Source: Thermodesulfobacteriota bacterium
GTDB taxonomy: Bacteria > Desulfobacterota > Desulfarculia > JACQYL01
Reading direction: 5' to 3'
NCBI GenBank assembly: GCA_963675595.2
Contig: CAXXLZ010000002.1
Coordinates: 4,192,001-4,256,000 of the forward strand
Length of the DNA stretch: 64,000 bases
Part shown: positions 49,118-61,600 of the stretch, piece after piece
Layout of the letters: every line of letters begins with the position of its first letter
Numbering within the stretch: the first letter of the stretch is position 1
Notes under the pieces: model-generated
Seen by the model: only the letters and a program-made list of their open reading frames with translations
What the model was told of the DNA's origin: nothing
Databases searched by the model: none
Position numbers and translations under genes: made by a program

Positions 49118-51112
49118 ATGAAGAACATGAAACTGGCAATGAAGATCGTAATAGGTTTCGGCTTTCTGATTTTGGTCTCCTGCGTTTTGGGAGGTCTGGC
49201 CGTCTACAACATGAAGACCGTCGAACGAGATTCAGTTCGACTGGCCGAAGAGTATGTCCCCGAGGTGGCCATCGCCAATGAGGTGGAACGGGCTTCTCTC
49301 TTGACCATGTTCGAAATTCGCGGTTACGGGCTGACCGGTGAACAAGAGTACCTGGAACGAGGTCGGAAGCACCTGGCAAACGTGAATACCCACATCAAGA
49401 CCGCCTTGAGTCACGCCGCAAAGTATGAAGACCTCGTTAAACTGAAGGAGAACGCCGCCAATGCCGAGACGCAGGTTCGCGCCTACAGCGAGCTGCTGGA
49501 ACAGGCGGAAAATACGTACCTAGTATTGGACGAAGCTCGAAGTACCATGGACCGGTCCGCGGGCGCCTACATGGAAAACTGCGCCCAATTCCTGGAAGAT
49601 CAAAACAAGTCGCTGGAGGCGGAACTGGCCTCCGGAGTCGATGAAGCCAAGATCAAGGAACGTGTGGCCAAGATCAACCTGATGAACGACGTGATCGACC
49701 TGGGAAATGCGGTACGGGTGGACAATTGGAAAGCACAGGCAACCCGCGATCCGAAGGTCATCCAGGGTACCATGGCCAACTTTTCTCTCATGGAACGCAA
49801 GATGGGGGAAATCAAGGCCATCACGCGCCGAGATTTGAATTTGCAGCAGATATCACGGATTGAGACGGCGGCAAGGGAATATAAGAGAGCAATGAGTCAG
49901 TTCTTGGACAGCTGGCTTTCCTTGCAGGAAATCAATGACAAGCGCAGGCTGACGGCCGAGGAAGTGCTGGCTGCAGCCCAAACCACGGCCAAGACCGGAA
50001 TGGAACACACCGGCATTATTGCCGAGGAGGCGGCCACCGGCCTTTCCCGATCATCCGCCACCATGATCGTGGGACTTCTGATCGCCGTGATCGTCGGCGT
50101 CCTTGCCGCGATTTTCATTACGCGCAGCATCACCAAGCCCATCAACAGAATCATCGAAGGACTCACCGAGGCCTCGGACCAGGTGGCCTCCGCTTCGGGA
50201 CAGGTGTCTTCCGCCAGTCAATCCTTGGCCGAAGGCGCTTCGGAGCAGGCGGCCTCCATTGAGGAGACTTCTTCTTCCTTGGAAGAGATGTCTTCCATGA
50301 CCAAGCGAAACGCGGACAACGCGGACGAGGCGAAAAGCAAGATGACCGAGGCCGGAGAAGTCGTGAGCAGAGTCGGGAAACACATGGATGATATGGCCAA
50401 AGCCATAGATGAGATTACCAAATCCAGCGAGGAGACGGGAAAGATCATTAAGACCATCGACGAAATCGCGTTTCAAACCAACCTGTTGGCGTTGAATGCG
50501 GCGGTGGAGGCTGCGAGAGCGGGTGAAGCCGGGGCGGGTTTCGCGGTGGTGGCGGATGAAGTCAGGAATCTCGCCATGCGCGCGGCTGACGCCGCCAAGA
50601 ACACCTCGGAGCTCATCGAAAACACCATCAAGTCGGTGCAGATGGGAGCCGAGATTACGACAGCCACTCAGAAGGCTTTCCAGGAGAACATGGAAATATC
50701 CGTCAAGGTAGGCGAAGTGGTGGATGAGATTGCGGCCGCCTCGAGAGAGCAGGCCCAAGGGATCGAGCAGGTGAACCTGGCGGTTACGGACATGGACAAG
50801 GTCACTCAGCAAAACGCGGCCAATGCCGAGGAATCAGCCAGCGCAGCCGAAGAGATGAATGCGCAGGCCGAGCAAATGAATTCATTTGTAGCCGATCTGG
50901 TCCGTCTGGTCGGTGGTTCAGGCAAAAACGGAAAACACCGGGGTATGGCAGTCAAGAAATTGATCCAAAGGAAATCGACCACGAAAAAAGCCCTCACCGT
51001 ACGGTCCGCCCGAAAGGGTGAGCCTATGTCTTCGGCTTACCGGAAAGCCGCCGAAGTGAGGCCGGAAGACGTAATCCCTCTAGATGACGAGAAGAACTTT
51101 GACTCATTTTAG
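49118..51112 (+). CDS. Methyl-accepting chemotaxis protein
   Basis: Two TM helices, helical periplasmic domain, [34 protein letters not shown]; C-terminal NFDSF. Confidence 0.96.
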   Translation: MKNMKLAMKIVIGFGFLILVSCVLGGLAVYNMKTVERDSVRLAEEYVPEVAIANEVERASLLTMFEIRGYGLTGEQEYLERGRKHLANVNTHIKTALSHAAKYEDLVKLKENAANAETQVRAYSELLEQAENTYLVLDEARSTMDRSAGAYMENCAQFLEDQNKSLEAELASGVDEAKIKERVAKINLMNDVIDLGNAVRVDNWKAQATRDPKVIQGTMANFSLMERKMGEIKAITRRDLNLQQISRIETAAREYKRAMSQFLDSWLSLQEINDKRRLTAEEVLAAAQTTAKTGMEHTGIIAEEAATGLSRSSATMIVGLLIAVIVGVLAAIFITRSITKPINRIIEGLTEASDQVASASGQVSSASQSLAEGASEQAASIEETSSSLEEMSSMTKRNADNADEAKSKMTEAGEVVSRVGKHMDDMAKAIDEITKSSEETGKIIKTIDEIAFQTNLLALNAAVEAARAGEAGAGFAVVADEVRNLAMRAADAAKNTSELIENTIKSVQMGAEITTATQKAFQENMEISVKVGEVVDEIAAASREQAQGIEQVNLAVTDMDKVTQQNAANAEESASAAEEMNAQAEQMNSFVADLVRLVGGSGKNGKHRGMAVKKLIQRKSTTKKALTVRSARKGEPMSSAYRKAAEVRPEDVIPLDDEKNFDSF

Positions 51113-51478
51113 CAGGCCGAAATTCCACGGGCGGATTGGGCGTGAATGAAATGCACAAGGGGCGTTCGGGATAAGCCCCGGATACAGGCGCTTATCCCGG
51201 GCGTCACATCCTCATGGGAGTTCCGGAAAGCGGAATCGTTGTTCGTCACGGCATGCCGGAAACGCTATGGACCAAATGGGTTCCGTCTCGGCAGAACAGA
51301 AAATTGGAGGACCGCCAGCCTATCGCGGCGACAATCCTATTCGTGGGACCCGAATGATTCCACTCGGATCTTTTGAGAACAAAACATCTGTCAAGGGAGC
51401 AGCAAACCCGAAGGCACCAGCGTTTGGCATCGTCAAAGGAAAGCATCGCCGAGTCCAACGGATCAAGGACGGAGCCTC

Positions 51479-51940
51479 ATGAATAATCCGCTCAGGAAAA
51501 GCCGGGAGGCCGGGCATGAGTACCTGCAGGGAACACAGGCTCCCATTCAATGCGGCAACCAGGCCATCCTCATCGTCGAAGACGAAACCTCGGTGCTTTT
51601 TGTGACCCGAAAGATACTCGAAAGGCTGGGGTATCGAGTCCTGGCGTGCAGTAGCCCCGTTGAGGCCATACGAGTGGCCGTGGGGCATGCCGGCGGAATC
51701 GATCTGCTGATGACCGATGTGATCATGCCTGAAATGAACGGCCGGGAACTGGCCGATCGGATCCTCTCCATTCGGCCCGGGATCAGGGTTTTATTCGCCT
51801 CTGGCTACACCGCCGATGAACTTCAAAGCCAAGGAGTATTGGATGAGGCTTACAGTTTTATCGAGAAGCCTTTCTCCCTAAAAACGCTTTCGGCCACGCT
51901 TCGGGCAATCTTATGCTCCTCACACGACAACGACATTTAG
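51479..51940 (+). CDS. Stand-alone response regulator receiver
   Basis: ILIVEDE, TDVIMP, SGY, KPF. Confidence 0.85.
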   Translation: MNNPLRKSREAGHEYLQGTQAPIQCGNQAILIVEDETSVLFVTRKILERLGYRVLACSSPVEAIRVAVGHAGGIDLLMTDVIMPEMNGRELADRILSIRPGIRVLFASGYTADELQSQGVLDEAYSFIEKPFSLKTLSATLRAILCSSHDNDI

Positions 51941-52254
51941 GAGAATATGAATCAACTCAGCAGCCGGACGGAACGAAGAAAAGCCTTTGTCCGAATTGAG
52001 GCATGCCGAGAAAGGTTTTCAAATAGTATTCATAATGGACGACAATTCTTTTGAAATTGTGAAGCCAGGCAAAGAGCCTCTCCACTTTTCAGTGCCGTCT
52101 GTAGGGCCTGTGAGGCCGCTCGTCTCAAGTTCTGTTTTTTTCCACCTCCCTCGTGAGGGGCGATCATTTCCGTGACGCAATAGCAAATTGGAAACCGATC
52201 GAAGGGTCACTGTCGTGACCACTATCGCCGATCATGGCCGCCTTCATTGAAGCG

Positions 52255-52670
52255 ATCCTTGGCATCCGGTTCCGGCACGCGTCGCCGCAGGTCTCGAATG
52301 ACATGGTCCAGATAGGTCCTGAGCTTTCGAGTACAGTGCTTGGCCAGCTTCATCCACCGGGCATGGTCGTAACGACCTTGCTGAATCACCAGCTGTTTGG
52401 AAATCCGGTTGTCGTTCCGTCGCAAAGGAATTCCCCGTTTTTTGCTCCGGCGACCAGTTGTTCACGGGCTCGGTCTTACAACCGGGCATCAGAGGGAAAT
52501 CGGTTCTCCTTTTCCCGAACCGTGGTGTCCACGTTGACGCGATCGAACTGCTGCTGACGGACGGCCTTGACCTCGAGAACCGCTTCGGTGGTTTCTTTTA
52601 GAAGCTCCTCGGCACCGGCGTCTCCGATGCGCTTACGCCATCGGGTAATGCTCGAAGGATGGATGGCAAA
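52255..52670 (-). pseudogene. IS5-family transposase remnant
   Basis: HPSSITRWRKRIG, VDTTVREK..FPSDARL, RKLRTYL..VIRD, broken by stops and frameshifts. Confidence 0.8.
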
Positions 52671-52884
52671 CAACTTCAAAACCTGCAAATTCGATAGGAT
52701 AATTAGCTGGCTTACTACATATAATATTAATAAGATAGGCATGTTAGCTGTTTTTTTATTAGAGCCTTTTGGAGCTTATGATGAAAAACAATCTCTAAGA
52801 TTGTGTACAGGGCAAAGGATTTTCTTTACTTTTCCATAATCGGAATCACCGAGCTTTGGAAGTGCTTTTTAGACCTTCCTGCTT

Positions 52885-55800
52885 ATGGATGACCTGATGT
52901 TAAAAAAACGTTTTGGTAAGCGTCTTGGATGGCTGAGGAAGGTGAGAAACCTGACCCAGCAAGACCTGTCCGAACGGGTGGGCGTATCCGTCCAATATCT
53001 CGGCACCATCGAACGAGGGCTTTCCGCACCCTCCTTCAAGGTAATCGAGCGTATTTGCCTTGCCTTGGAGGTATCTCCTTTGAGCCTCTTTCTTTTTCTT
53101 CCGGAAATCTCGAGCGAAGCCCACGCAGGATGTTCCGATCACGCCGAGCCGGTCCTCCACCCATTTCAGATGAGTATGATCAAGCTTGATTTGAAGTCTG
53201 CACAGTGGGCGGTTTCTGATTCCTTTTATGGGCTTTTGGGCTACCGGAATCCCAAGAAAGATTATTCATTCGGTTTCTTCTTGAAGCATGTTCCGCCTCA
53301 ACAACGAGGGCTGCTTTCCGAGGCGTGGTTCCAAACCGTCGCCTGGTCCAAGAAAAGCAGCATCAAATTTGATCTGACGAGGATTGACGGGATTGTCAGA
53401 TCCATACGCGGATATTCGGATGTCTTACGCGGCAAATCAGGAGAACCCTTTGAAGCCCAATGGGTTCTGCAGGACCTTACCGATTTGGAAGTATTGAACA
53501 GAGCGATTCTGAGAAACCGTGTGAATTTGGAACAAGACATGGCGGAGTGCAACCGTCAACTGGATAGCGCGCTTGATAACGCCGATAGGGAGAAAGTGAA
53601 GGCGAAGGAAGCCCACCAGGCTTTGAATTCGTTCAAGCATTCCTATAGACAAATATTCAATGCCATTTCCGATGCCGTTTATATCCACGATGTCAAGGGT
53701 CGAATTCTTGACGCCAATACCGTGGGCCATGAACGGTTGGGATATACACGCGATGAGATGCTCAGTCTTTCAGCCTCCGATGTTGATCTAGATCATCCTA
53801 CCGAAAAAGAAGTTCGAGAAAGAATTTCATCCGCCCTTTCAGCAGGCCCCCTCTGCATCGAATCCAGACACATCACCAAAGACGGTCACATTATCAATGT
53901 GGAGCTTCAGACCAGTACTTTTGGGGACCGTGAAGAAAAGAGCTTTGTGACCGTAGCCCGTGACATCACAAAGCGCAAAATGGCTGAAACGGCGTTGGAA
54001 AAAAGCCTTAAAATGCTGAATCGCACCGAATCCCTCGCCCATGTCGGGAGCTGGGAATGGGACATCGCGACCGACACCGTAACTTGGTCTGAAGAACTGT
54101 ACCGCATCTTTCAGCTTGATCCTGGTGCGGAAGCACCGAACTGGGCCGGGCATCCAAAACTATATCATCCGGAAGATTTTGAAAAACTACGTCATGCCGC
54201 AGAAAGAGCCATAGCGGATGCAAAACCTTACGAAATGGAACTTCGCGCTTTTCGGGAAGATGGCCAAACCCGGATTTGTAAAGCCGAAGGATTTCCTGAA
54301 ATCGACGAGGCCGGACAGGTCTTTCGACTTTTTGGTCTACTTCAGGACATCACCGATCACAGACAGGTCGAAGAAGAATTTGCCCAAATATTTGCCATGT
54401 CTCTGGACATGATCTGTATTGCCGACATCCAGTCGGCAACCTTCATCAAGGTCAATCCTGCTTTCACTGAAATCCTCGGATACAAGCAGATTGAACTTTT
54501 AGAGAGACCGTTTATAGACTTCATTCACCCTGAGGACATTGACGCCACGCGAACCGTAATCAACCGTGCACTTAATGTGGGTTCGAAAGTCATCAATTTT
54601 GAGAATCGGTATCGGTGCAAAGATGGAAGCTATCGTTGGTTTAGCTGGACTTCCCATCCCAACACGGAAAGAGGCGTCACCTATGCCGTTGCCCGCGACA
54701 TTACGGAAACCAAACAAAACGAAGAGGAATTAAGGAGAAACAAAGCCCTGCTCGATGCCACCAACCGCATGGCAAAGGTCGGAGGATGGGAACTGGATGC
54801 AAGCACACTGGAGGTAACCTGGACCGATGAGACATACCGTATTCATGAGTTGCCACTCGATTGTAAGCCCCCTCAATTACGGGATGCCATCAACTTCTTT
54901 CATCCTGAAGACAGAGGACACTTGGGGCAGGCTGTTAAGAACGCGCTAGATCACGGTGACGGGTACGATTTGGAGGTCCGATTCATCACCGCCAGTGGAA
55001 AAGAATTGTGGACCCGAACCAAATGCGAACCGGAACTGGTGGAAGGAAAGGTCACAAAGCTCAAAGGAACGTTTCAGGATATATCCGATCGAAAAACAGC
55101 AGAAATTAAGTTGATTGATAGCGAAAGACGTTTTCGTTCGCTTTTTGAATTCATGGAAGAAGGTTTTGTGCGTGCGGATAAAGATGGTCACATAACTTTG
55201 GCGAATATTGCAATGGCTAAAATGTTCGGCTACGAATCTTCTGATGATATGATCGCCCTTAACATGAAAACACTTTATGCCGATCCCGAAGAAAGATATA
55301 ACGTTATCGCCAAATTACACAAAACGTCCGCATTGTATAATTATGAACTTCTGGTAAAGTCAAAAGAGGGGCATACCTTCTGGTCGTTATGCAATCTAAA
55401 AATTCTTAAGGATGGGCATGGCAAGTTTATCGGAACAGAGGGTCTAGTTCGTGACATTAACGATCGTAAACAAGCTGAGTACGCTCTGGCCAAATCAAAC
55501 AGGGGACTTTCAGTATTAAAAGAGGCGGGAAAGGCTTTGCTGCGTACCCAGGATGAGTCTACCCTCATAGAACAAATCTGTCGAATAATCGTTCAATTAG
55601 GTCATTATTCCTTGGCATGGGTTGGATTTTCGGACGCAGGTCCGGAAAAGTTTGTCAAGGCGGTAGGTAGCTGGGGAGTCGACGCCAATTATCTAAACGG
55701 CCTCAATATCACGTGGGATGATTCGGAAACCGGTAAAGGACCTATCGGCAAAGCAATACGGACTCAGAAGGTTCAAGTTATCAAACAAATCAGCACAGCT

Positions 55801-57933
55801 TCAGACTATGATTTTTGGCGGAATGCCGCCTTGAAAAGAGGATATCACTCATCCATCGCTATTCCGATTTGTCATGAGCATCTTTGCCTTGGGGCAGTGA
55901 ATATTTACTCGCCTGAACCCGACGCTTTCGATGAATCCGAAACTGATCTCCTTGTGCAATTGACCCAAGAACTTTCTTACGGGATTGTTTCATTGCGTAA
56001 TAAAGAAGCCCAGATGAAGGCGGAAGAGGCCCTGCGGAAAAGTGAAGATAAATATCGTCGCTTAACGGAAAACTCACCGGATGTCATTTACCGCATGTCC
56101 TTGCCTGATGGGAAATATGAATATATCAGCCCGGCTGCAGAGACTATTTTTGGATACCCTCCGGAAGCCTGGTACGAAGGTCGGATTCATTTACAGGATT
56201 TCATCCATCCGGATTCTTATTCTTATTTCAAGGTTCAATGGGGACAAATGCTCAAAGGACATGTCCCGCCCACTTATGAATATCGGATTGTCCATGCCAA
56301 CGGAGCTATCCGTTGGCTCAACCAGCGCAACGTCCCCATAATAAGCTCAGATGGAAGCCTGATTGCCATCGAAGGGATCGTTACCGATATTACCGAGAGA
56401 AAAGAGGCCGAAAATGCGCTGCAGGAGTCTTATAGAAGGTTCTTAACGGTTCTGGACAGCATCGACGTGAATATTTACGTTGTTGATATCGAGAGTTATC
56501 AAATCCTGTTTATGAACAAATCTATGATAGAAAGCTTCGATAATGATATGACCGGTGATGTTTGCTGGAAACTTTATGGAGAGCAATCCAGTCCATGTTC
56601 GAACTGCCCTATTGATAAATTAAGTCATGACAATAGGAAGACTGACGATGTCGTTTTTTGGCAAAATAAAAATAATATTACTGGTAAGTGGTACGTAAAT
56701 TATGCCAAATTATTAGAATGGATAGATGGACGGTCGGTACAAATTCAAGTTTCTACTGATATTACTGAAATAAAACGTATGGAAGATGAACTTCGTCAAG
56801 CTCATAAGATGGAAGCCATTGGAACTCTTGCTGGTGGAATTGCGCATGAATTCAATAATATGCTTGGAATCATCATTGGAAATACGGAGCTTGCCTTGGA
56901 CGATATCCCGAATTGGAGTTCAGCCAGAGAATTTCTGGGTGATGTAAAGACCGCCTCATTGCGTGCTAAAGACGTTGTTAGGAAGCTATTGAGTGTTGCT
57001 CGAAAAACACCGATGTCGTTAAAACCCATACATGTACGTTCGATTATTGAAGACTCCTTGAAACTTATGAGAAGAATGATTCCTACAACAATTGATATTC
57101 GAGAAAACTTAGCCTGTTTATCCGAGATGATTTTGGGCGATCCTACTGAGATCAGCCAAGTTATGATCAATTTGTGTACCAATTCGGTTCATGCCATGGC
57201 TTCGGGAAAGGGTATTTTAGAAGTGGGGTTGGATGTCATACGGTTGGATCAAGTGTCTGCACTGCATTACGAAGATCTATCACCGGGAAGCTATGTAAGG
57301 CTTACTGTCAAGGATACGGGCGAAGGCATTGAACCGACCAAAATGTATCGTATTTTCGATCCTTATTTTACAACAAAAGAAGTGAACCAAGGGCTTGGGA
57401 TGGGACTTGCCGTTGTCTACGGCATCGTAAAAAATCATCAAGGTTCGATCAAGTTTCAAAGTACGGTTGGTGAAGGCACCACGGCGGAAGTTCTGTTCCC
57501 GATGATAGAAAATCAGGATGTCTTCAGCATTGAACAGACTGAGACTCTTTCCAAGGGAACCGAACGAATATTACTGGTGGATGATGAACCTTCGCTAGTT
57601 AAAATCGTTACAAAAATGCTGAAGGGATTCGGCTATGAAGTGATTGGAAAAACGAGCAGTTCAGAAGCCTTGGCAATATTTAAAGAGTCTCCCGATCGTT
57701 TTGATCTTTTGATTAGTGACATGGCAATGCCTGAACTTTCAGGTGAAAAATTAGCAAAGGAGATTCTTAATATTCGCCCTGATTTTCCAATTATTATTTG
57801 CACTGGTCATAGTGAGTTTATGGATGAATATAAGGCAAAGGAATTAGGGATTCGAAGCTTTGTCTTCAAGCCTTTGACTAAATCGGCTTTAATCGTAACA
57901 GTTCAAAAAGCTTTACATCCAGTGCATGGATAA
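52885..57933 (+). CDS. XRE-HTH-fused multi-PAS/GAF hybrid histidine kinase
   Basis: N-terminal LTQQDLSERVGVSVQYLGTIERG; many PAS/PAC, one GAF, AGGIAHEFNN, HATPase boxes, C-terminal REC. Confidence 0.92.
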   Translation: MDDLMLKKRFGKRLGWLRKVRNLTQQDLSERVGVSVQYLGTIERGLSAPSFKVIERICLALEVSPLSLFLFLPEISSEAHAGCSDHAEPVLHPFQMSMIKLDLKSAQWAVSDSFYGLLGYRNPKKDYSFGFFLKHVPPQQRGLLSEAWFQTVAWSKKSSIKFDLTRIDGIVRSIRGYSDVLRGKSGEPFEAQWVLQDLTDLEVLNRAILRNRVNLEQDMAECNRQLDSALDNADREKVKAKEAHQALNSFKHSYRQIFNAISDAVYIHDVKGRILDANTVGHERLGYTRDEMLSLSASDVDLDHPTEKEVRERISSALSAGPLCIESRHITKDGHIINVELQTSTFGDREEKSFVTVARDITKRKMAETALEKSLKMLNRTESLAHVGSWEWDIATDTVTWSEELYRIFQLDPGAEAPNWAGHPKLYHPEDFEKLRHAAERAIADAKPYEMELRAFREDGQTRICKAEGFPEIDEAGQVFRLFGLLQDITDHRQVEEEFAQIFAMSLDMICIADIQSATFIKVNPAFTEILGYKQIELLERPFIDFIHPEDIDATRTVINRALNVGSKVINFENRYRCKDGSYRWFSWTSHPNTERGVTYAVARDITETKQNEEELRRNKALLDATNRMAKVGGWELDASTLEVTWTDETYRIHELPLDCKPPQLRDAINFFHPEDRGHLGQAVKNALDHGDGYDLEVRFITASGKELWTRTKCEPELVEGKVTKLKGTFQDISDRKTAEIKLIDSERRFRSLFEFMEEGFVRADKDGHITLANIAMAKMFGYESSDDMIALNMKTLYADPEERYNVIAKLHKTSALYNYELLVKSKEGHTFWSLCNLKILKDGHGKFIGTEGLVRDINDRKQAEYALAKSNRGLSVLKEAGKALLRTQDESTLIEQICRIIVQLGHYSLAWVGFSDAGPEKFVKAVGSWGVDANYLNGLNITWDDSETGKGPIGKAIRTQKVQVIKQISTASDYDFWRNAALKRGYHSSIAIPICHEHLCLGAVNIYSPEPDAFDESETDLLVQLTQELSYGIVSLRNKEAQMKAEEALRKSEDKYRRLTENSPDVIYRMSLPDGKYEYISPAAETIFGYPPEAWYEGRIHLQDFIHPDSYSYFKVQWGQMLKGHVPPTYEYRIVHANGAIRWLNQRNVPIISSDGSLIAIEGIVTDITERKEAENALQESYRRFLTVLDSIDVNIYVVDIESYQILFMNKSMIESFDNDMTGDVCWKLYGEQSSPCSNCPIDKLSHDNRKTDDVVFWQNKNNITGKWYVNYAKLLEWIDGRSVQIQVSTDITEIKRMEDELRQAHKMEAIGTLAGGIAHEFNNMLGIIIGNTELALDDIPNWSSAREFLGDVKTASLRAKDVVRKLLSVARKTPMSLKPIHVRSIIEDSLKLMRRMIPTTIDIRENLACLSEMILGDPTEISQVMINLCTNSVHAMASGKGILEVGLDVIRLDQVSALHYEDLSPGSYVRLTVKDTGEGIEPTKMYRIFDPYFTTKEVNQGLGMGLAVVYGIVKNHQGSIKFQSTVGEGTTAEVLFPMIENQDVFSIEQTETLSKGTERILLVDDEPSLVKIVTKMLKGFGYEVIGKTSSSEALAIFKESPDRFDLLISDMAMPELSGEKLAKEILNIRPDFPIIICTGHSEFMDEYKAKELGIRSFVFKPLTKSALIVTVQKALHPVHG

Positions 57934-58672
57934 GATCGTCAATAATTAGTTTATTCATGTGCATATTATTTTGTCATAAGTTCATGAAATCGAATGTTAT
58001 CGGTTTCTAAGGGATTAGGCACAAACTAACATGTAGAAGTATGGCACATTCCGAAGAAGTGTCGCTTTTCTTCACCGACTGCGTTTTATTCCGAGAAAGA
58101 AACGGAAGAAATGACTTCACAGGAAGGCGACGTTAATGATTTATCTTTACGCCGGAAACCGGCTTTAACCAGTCGACCTACTATCTCGGATGCTGAAAAG
58201 AAATGGTGATCAAGTGCTCCAAGCGGATTTTCTCATTTGCAGAAAATAATCGAAATGCGTATCAGCCGAATTCGTTCTCGCTTCATCGCCATCAGCCATG
58301 GCCAATTGCTGGAAACAGGTCAAACCATGTAAGCGATGCGAGTGCCCCTCTCGGGGCTTGGGACACTCCTTATCTTTCTGTGACAGCTTTTGGTCGATTT
58401 GACGGCATTCTGAACATCGCATTCTTGCAAAATCAGCTCCAAATCAGCACATGGTCAAACTCCCAATCTCTTCTTTACACACGATAGAAAACTGAGACTG
58501 CCTCTCATGAGTTCACCTATGGACAAAAGAATCTTTGCTATTTAATTTTTGCAATACAAAAAGAAGAGGCGCATACAGATCAGATCAAAAGAGATTATCC
58601 AATTATACCGGATAATCGGATAAATATCATAAATTGGTGGTTTTAGGCCTTTCCATCACCTGGGAGTCGATC

Positions 58673-61600
58673 ATGAAGGATCAAAAAGGGCACGAAGTCA
58701 CGATTCTGAATAATTCTAAGCAAGGACGGTTTGACGACGCGAATGGTTGCAGCACAGAAACCGGTGGGCAGGATTCCAACAGGTTGATGGAAGAGCTTCG
58801 CGTCTACCAGGCTGAATTGGAAATGCAAAACGAAGAGTTGCGTGGCTCCCAGGAATCTCTTGCGAGATCACGAGACCGCTTCTACTCGCTTTTTCATAGA
58901 GCACCCGTGGGTTATGTGGCAATTGATGCTTCGGGCATGATCCAGGAAGCCAACGAGACTTTCCTTCGAATGGCGGGAGCATCGCGGGAAACGGCAAAAG
59001 GGCGTTATTTCCATTCATTTCTGCAAGAATCCCATGCCTCGGTGTTCAGAGGCCGTTTCAAGGCCCTTTTGAAAAAGCCCTCGGGCAAGGTCATGGAGCT
59101 TCGGCTGTCAACGCAGGCGAACCCGGCTTGGGTCAGGACCGAAGCATCCGACGCGCAGGTTATGGATCACCCGCCTGACGATGAGCCGCCGGTGTTGCTC
59201 CTGACACTGAGCGACATTACCGAAGAAAAACTCGCCGAAGAAGCGCGTCGAGAGGAACAACGCAGGCTCAATTTCGTCATTGAAGGTTCGAGACTGGGCA
59301 CGTGGGAATGGAATCTCCAAACCAACGAGACCGTATTCAATGAAATCTGGGCGGAGATCATAGGATACACTTTGGACGAGCTGACGCCATACAACTTAGA
59401 GACTTGGGAGCGGCTGACGCATCCCGAGGACCTGGCACGCGCCCAGCAGGCTCTCACAAAATGCATCGCAGGAGAAACGCCCGACTATGAATGCGAATTA
59501 CGCATGAGGCACAAGGACGGGCACTGGGTATGGATCCTGGACCGCGGTCGCGTCATGACATGGGACGCCCACGGCAAGCCTCTCCTCATGTTCGGCACTC
59601 ACAGCGATATCACCCCGCGCAAGCTTATGCAGGAAGATCGCGAGCGGCTGCTCGAGCGGGTGACACAGGAAAAAAGGGTACAGGAATCTCTTTTCGAAGC
59701 CTCCAAGACTGTGCTAGAAGGCGGCGATTTCGCCTCCACCGCCCGACGCATCTTCGATGCCGCACGGATCCTGACTGGGGCGCAATCGGGGTATGTGGCG
59801 CTCCTCAGCGACGACGGCGAAGAAAATGAACTACTGTTTCTCGAATCGGGAGGTTTGCCCTGTTTGGTGGACCCGGATTTGCCCATGCCCATCCGCGGTC
59901 TTCGCGCCGAAGCCTACAAAACGGGAAGCGTCGTGTTGGACAACGACTTCATGAATTCCGAGTGGGCTTCCTTTATGCCTCCCGGGCACGTCGACCTGGG
60001 GAATGTGATGTTCGCTCCCTTGAATGTCGAGGGGAAGACCGTCGGCATTATGGGTTTGGCGAACAAGCCGGGGGATTTCAGTGAGGACGACGTGATTGTG
60101 GCCCGGGCGTTCGGGCAACTGGCCGCCATCGCGCTGCAGAAGAACCGAAATCTGGAGGCCTTGCGGGACAGCGAACAGCGATTTCGCTCCTTTGTGGAAA
60201 ACGCCAATGATATCGTATACGCCCTTTCGCCGGAAGGTCTGTTTACCTACCTATCCCCCAACTGGATCGACTTCGTGGGGGAACCGGCGGAAGCGGCTCT
60301 TGGCGGATCGTTCGAGCCGTACGTGCATCCGGAAGACGTTCATTTGTGCAGGGAGTTTCTACAGAAGGTTCTCTCCTCCGGGGAAAAGCAAAGCGGCGTC
60401 GTTTATCGCGTGCAACGAAGAGACGGCAGTTGGCGTTGGCACTTTTCCAACGGCTCGCCGCTATTAGATTTCCAAGGGAGAATAACCGGTTATCTGGGGA
60501 TCGCCCGCGACATCACGGAGATCAGACAGGCGGAGGAAACCATCAAGGAGCGGGAAAGATTCCTGCGCGCGGTGTTGGAGACCACGGCCGACGGCTTTTT
60601 CGCAGTGGACAGCCAAGGGCGGATCACGGAGGCAAACAACGTCTATTGCAACATGACTGGTTACCGGGACGAGGAAATCGTCGGCCGAAGCATGAACGAC
60701 ATCGACGCGAACGAATCCCCCGAAGAAACGGGGTCCCATATGAGACGTGTCGTCATCAAGGGCTCGGAAGTCTTCGAGGCCCGTCATCGACGCAAAAACG
60801 GCACGGAGTTTCCCGTCGAGATTTCCACCACCTTTGTCCCGACTCACGGGGGACGATTCGTCTGTTTCTGCCGCGACCTGACCGAGCGCAAAGAAAACGA
60901 ACGTATCCTGAAACGACACAGCCATCTGCTGGAGAATTCCCCCAATGCCGTTTACGTATCGGACGAGCGAGGCAGAATCATTTACGCCAATAATGCCGCG
61001 GCCTGCCAAACCGGCATCCCTCGCTCGGAGATGTTGAATAAGAATGTCTGGGACATCGACGCCTCACTCCAAGAATCCGAATATGTCCAGTTCCTCACTC
61101 GAATATCCCGCGACACCCCCATGCGATTGAAAACCACCCATCGTCGTGCGGATGGAAGCCTGTTTCCCGTTGAAATCTCCATTTCAAAGCTGGAGCAGGA
61201 AGGATCGAGCCTGCTTTGCGCAATCGCCGTGGACATCACGGAACGGGAGGCCCAAGAGGCGTCCTTGAGGCGCACCCAGTTCACGGTGGACCACGCGCCC
61301 ATCGGCGTTTTCTGGGTCTCGCAGGAAGGAAGCATCATTTACGCCAACAACAAGGCCGCCGAGAGCCTCGGCTACAAGAAAGAAGAGCTGTCTGGAATCG
61401 GGTTTGAATGCATAGACTCGAATTTTTCCACTGAAAGCAGTGAATCTCCCTGGAAGCTTTGCGAAGGGGAGGCTCTGGTAGAATTCGAATCCATTCATCG
61501 CCGGAAGGACGGCACCGTTTTCCCGGTTCACGTGCACAGCCACCGCATCAGTTTCATGGGCGAGGAAATGCAGGTGCTTGAGGTCGTGGACATCGCCGAG

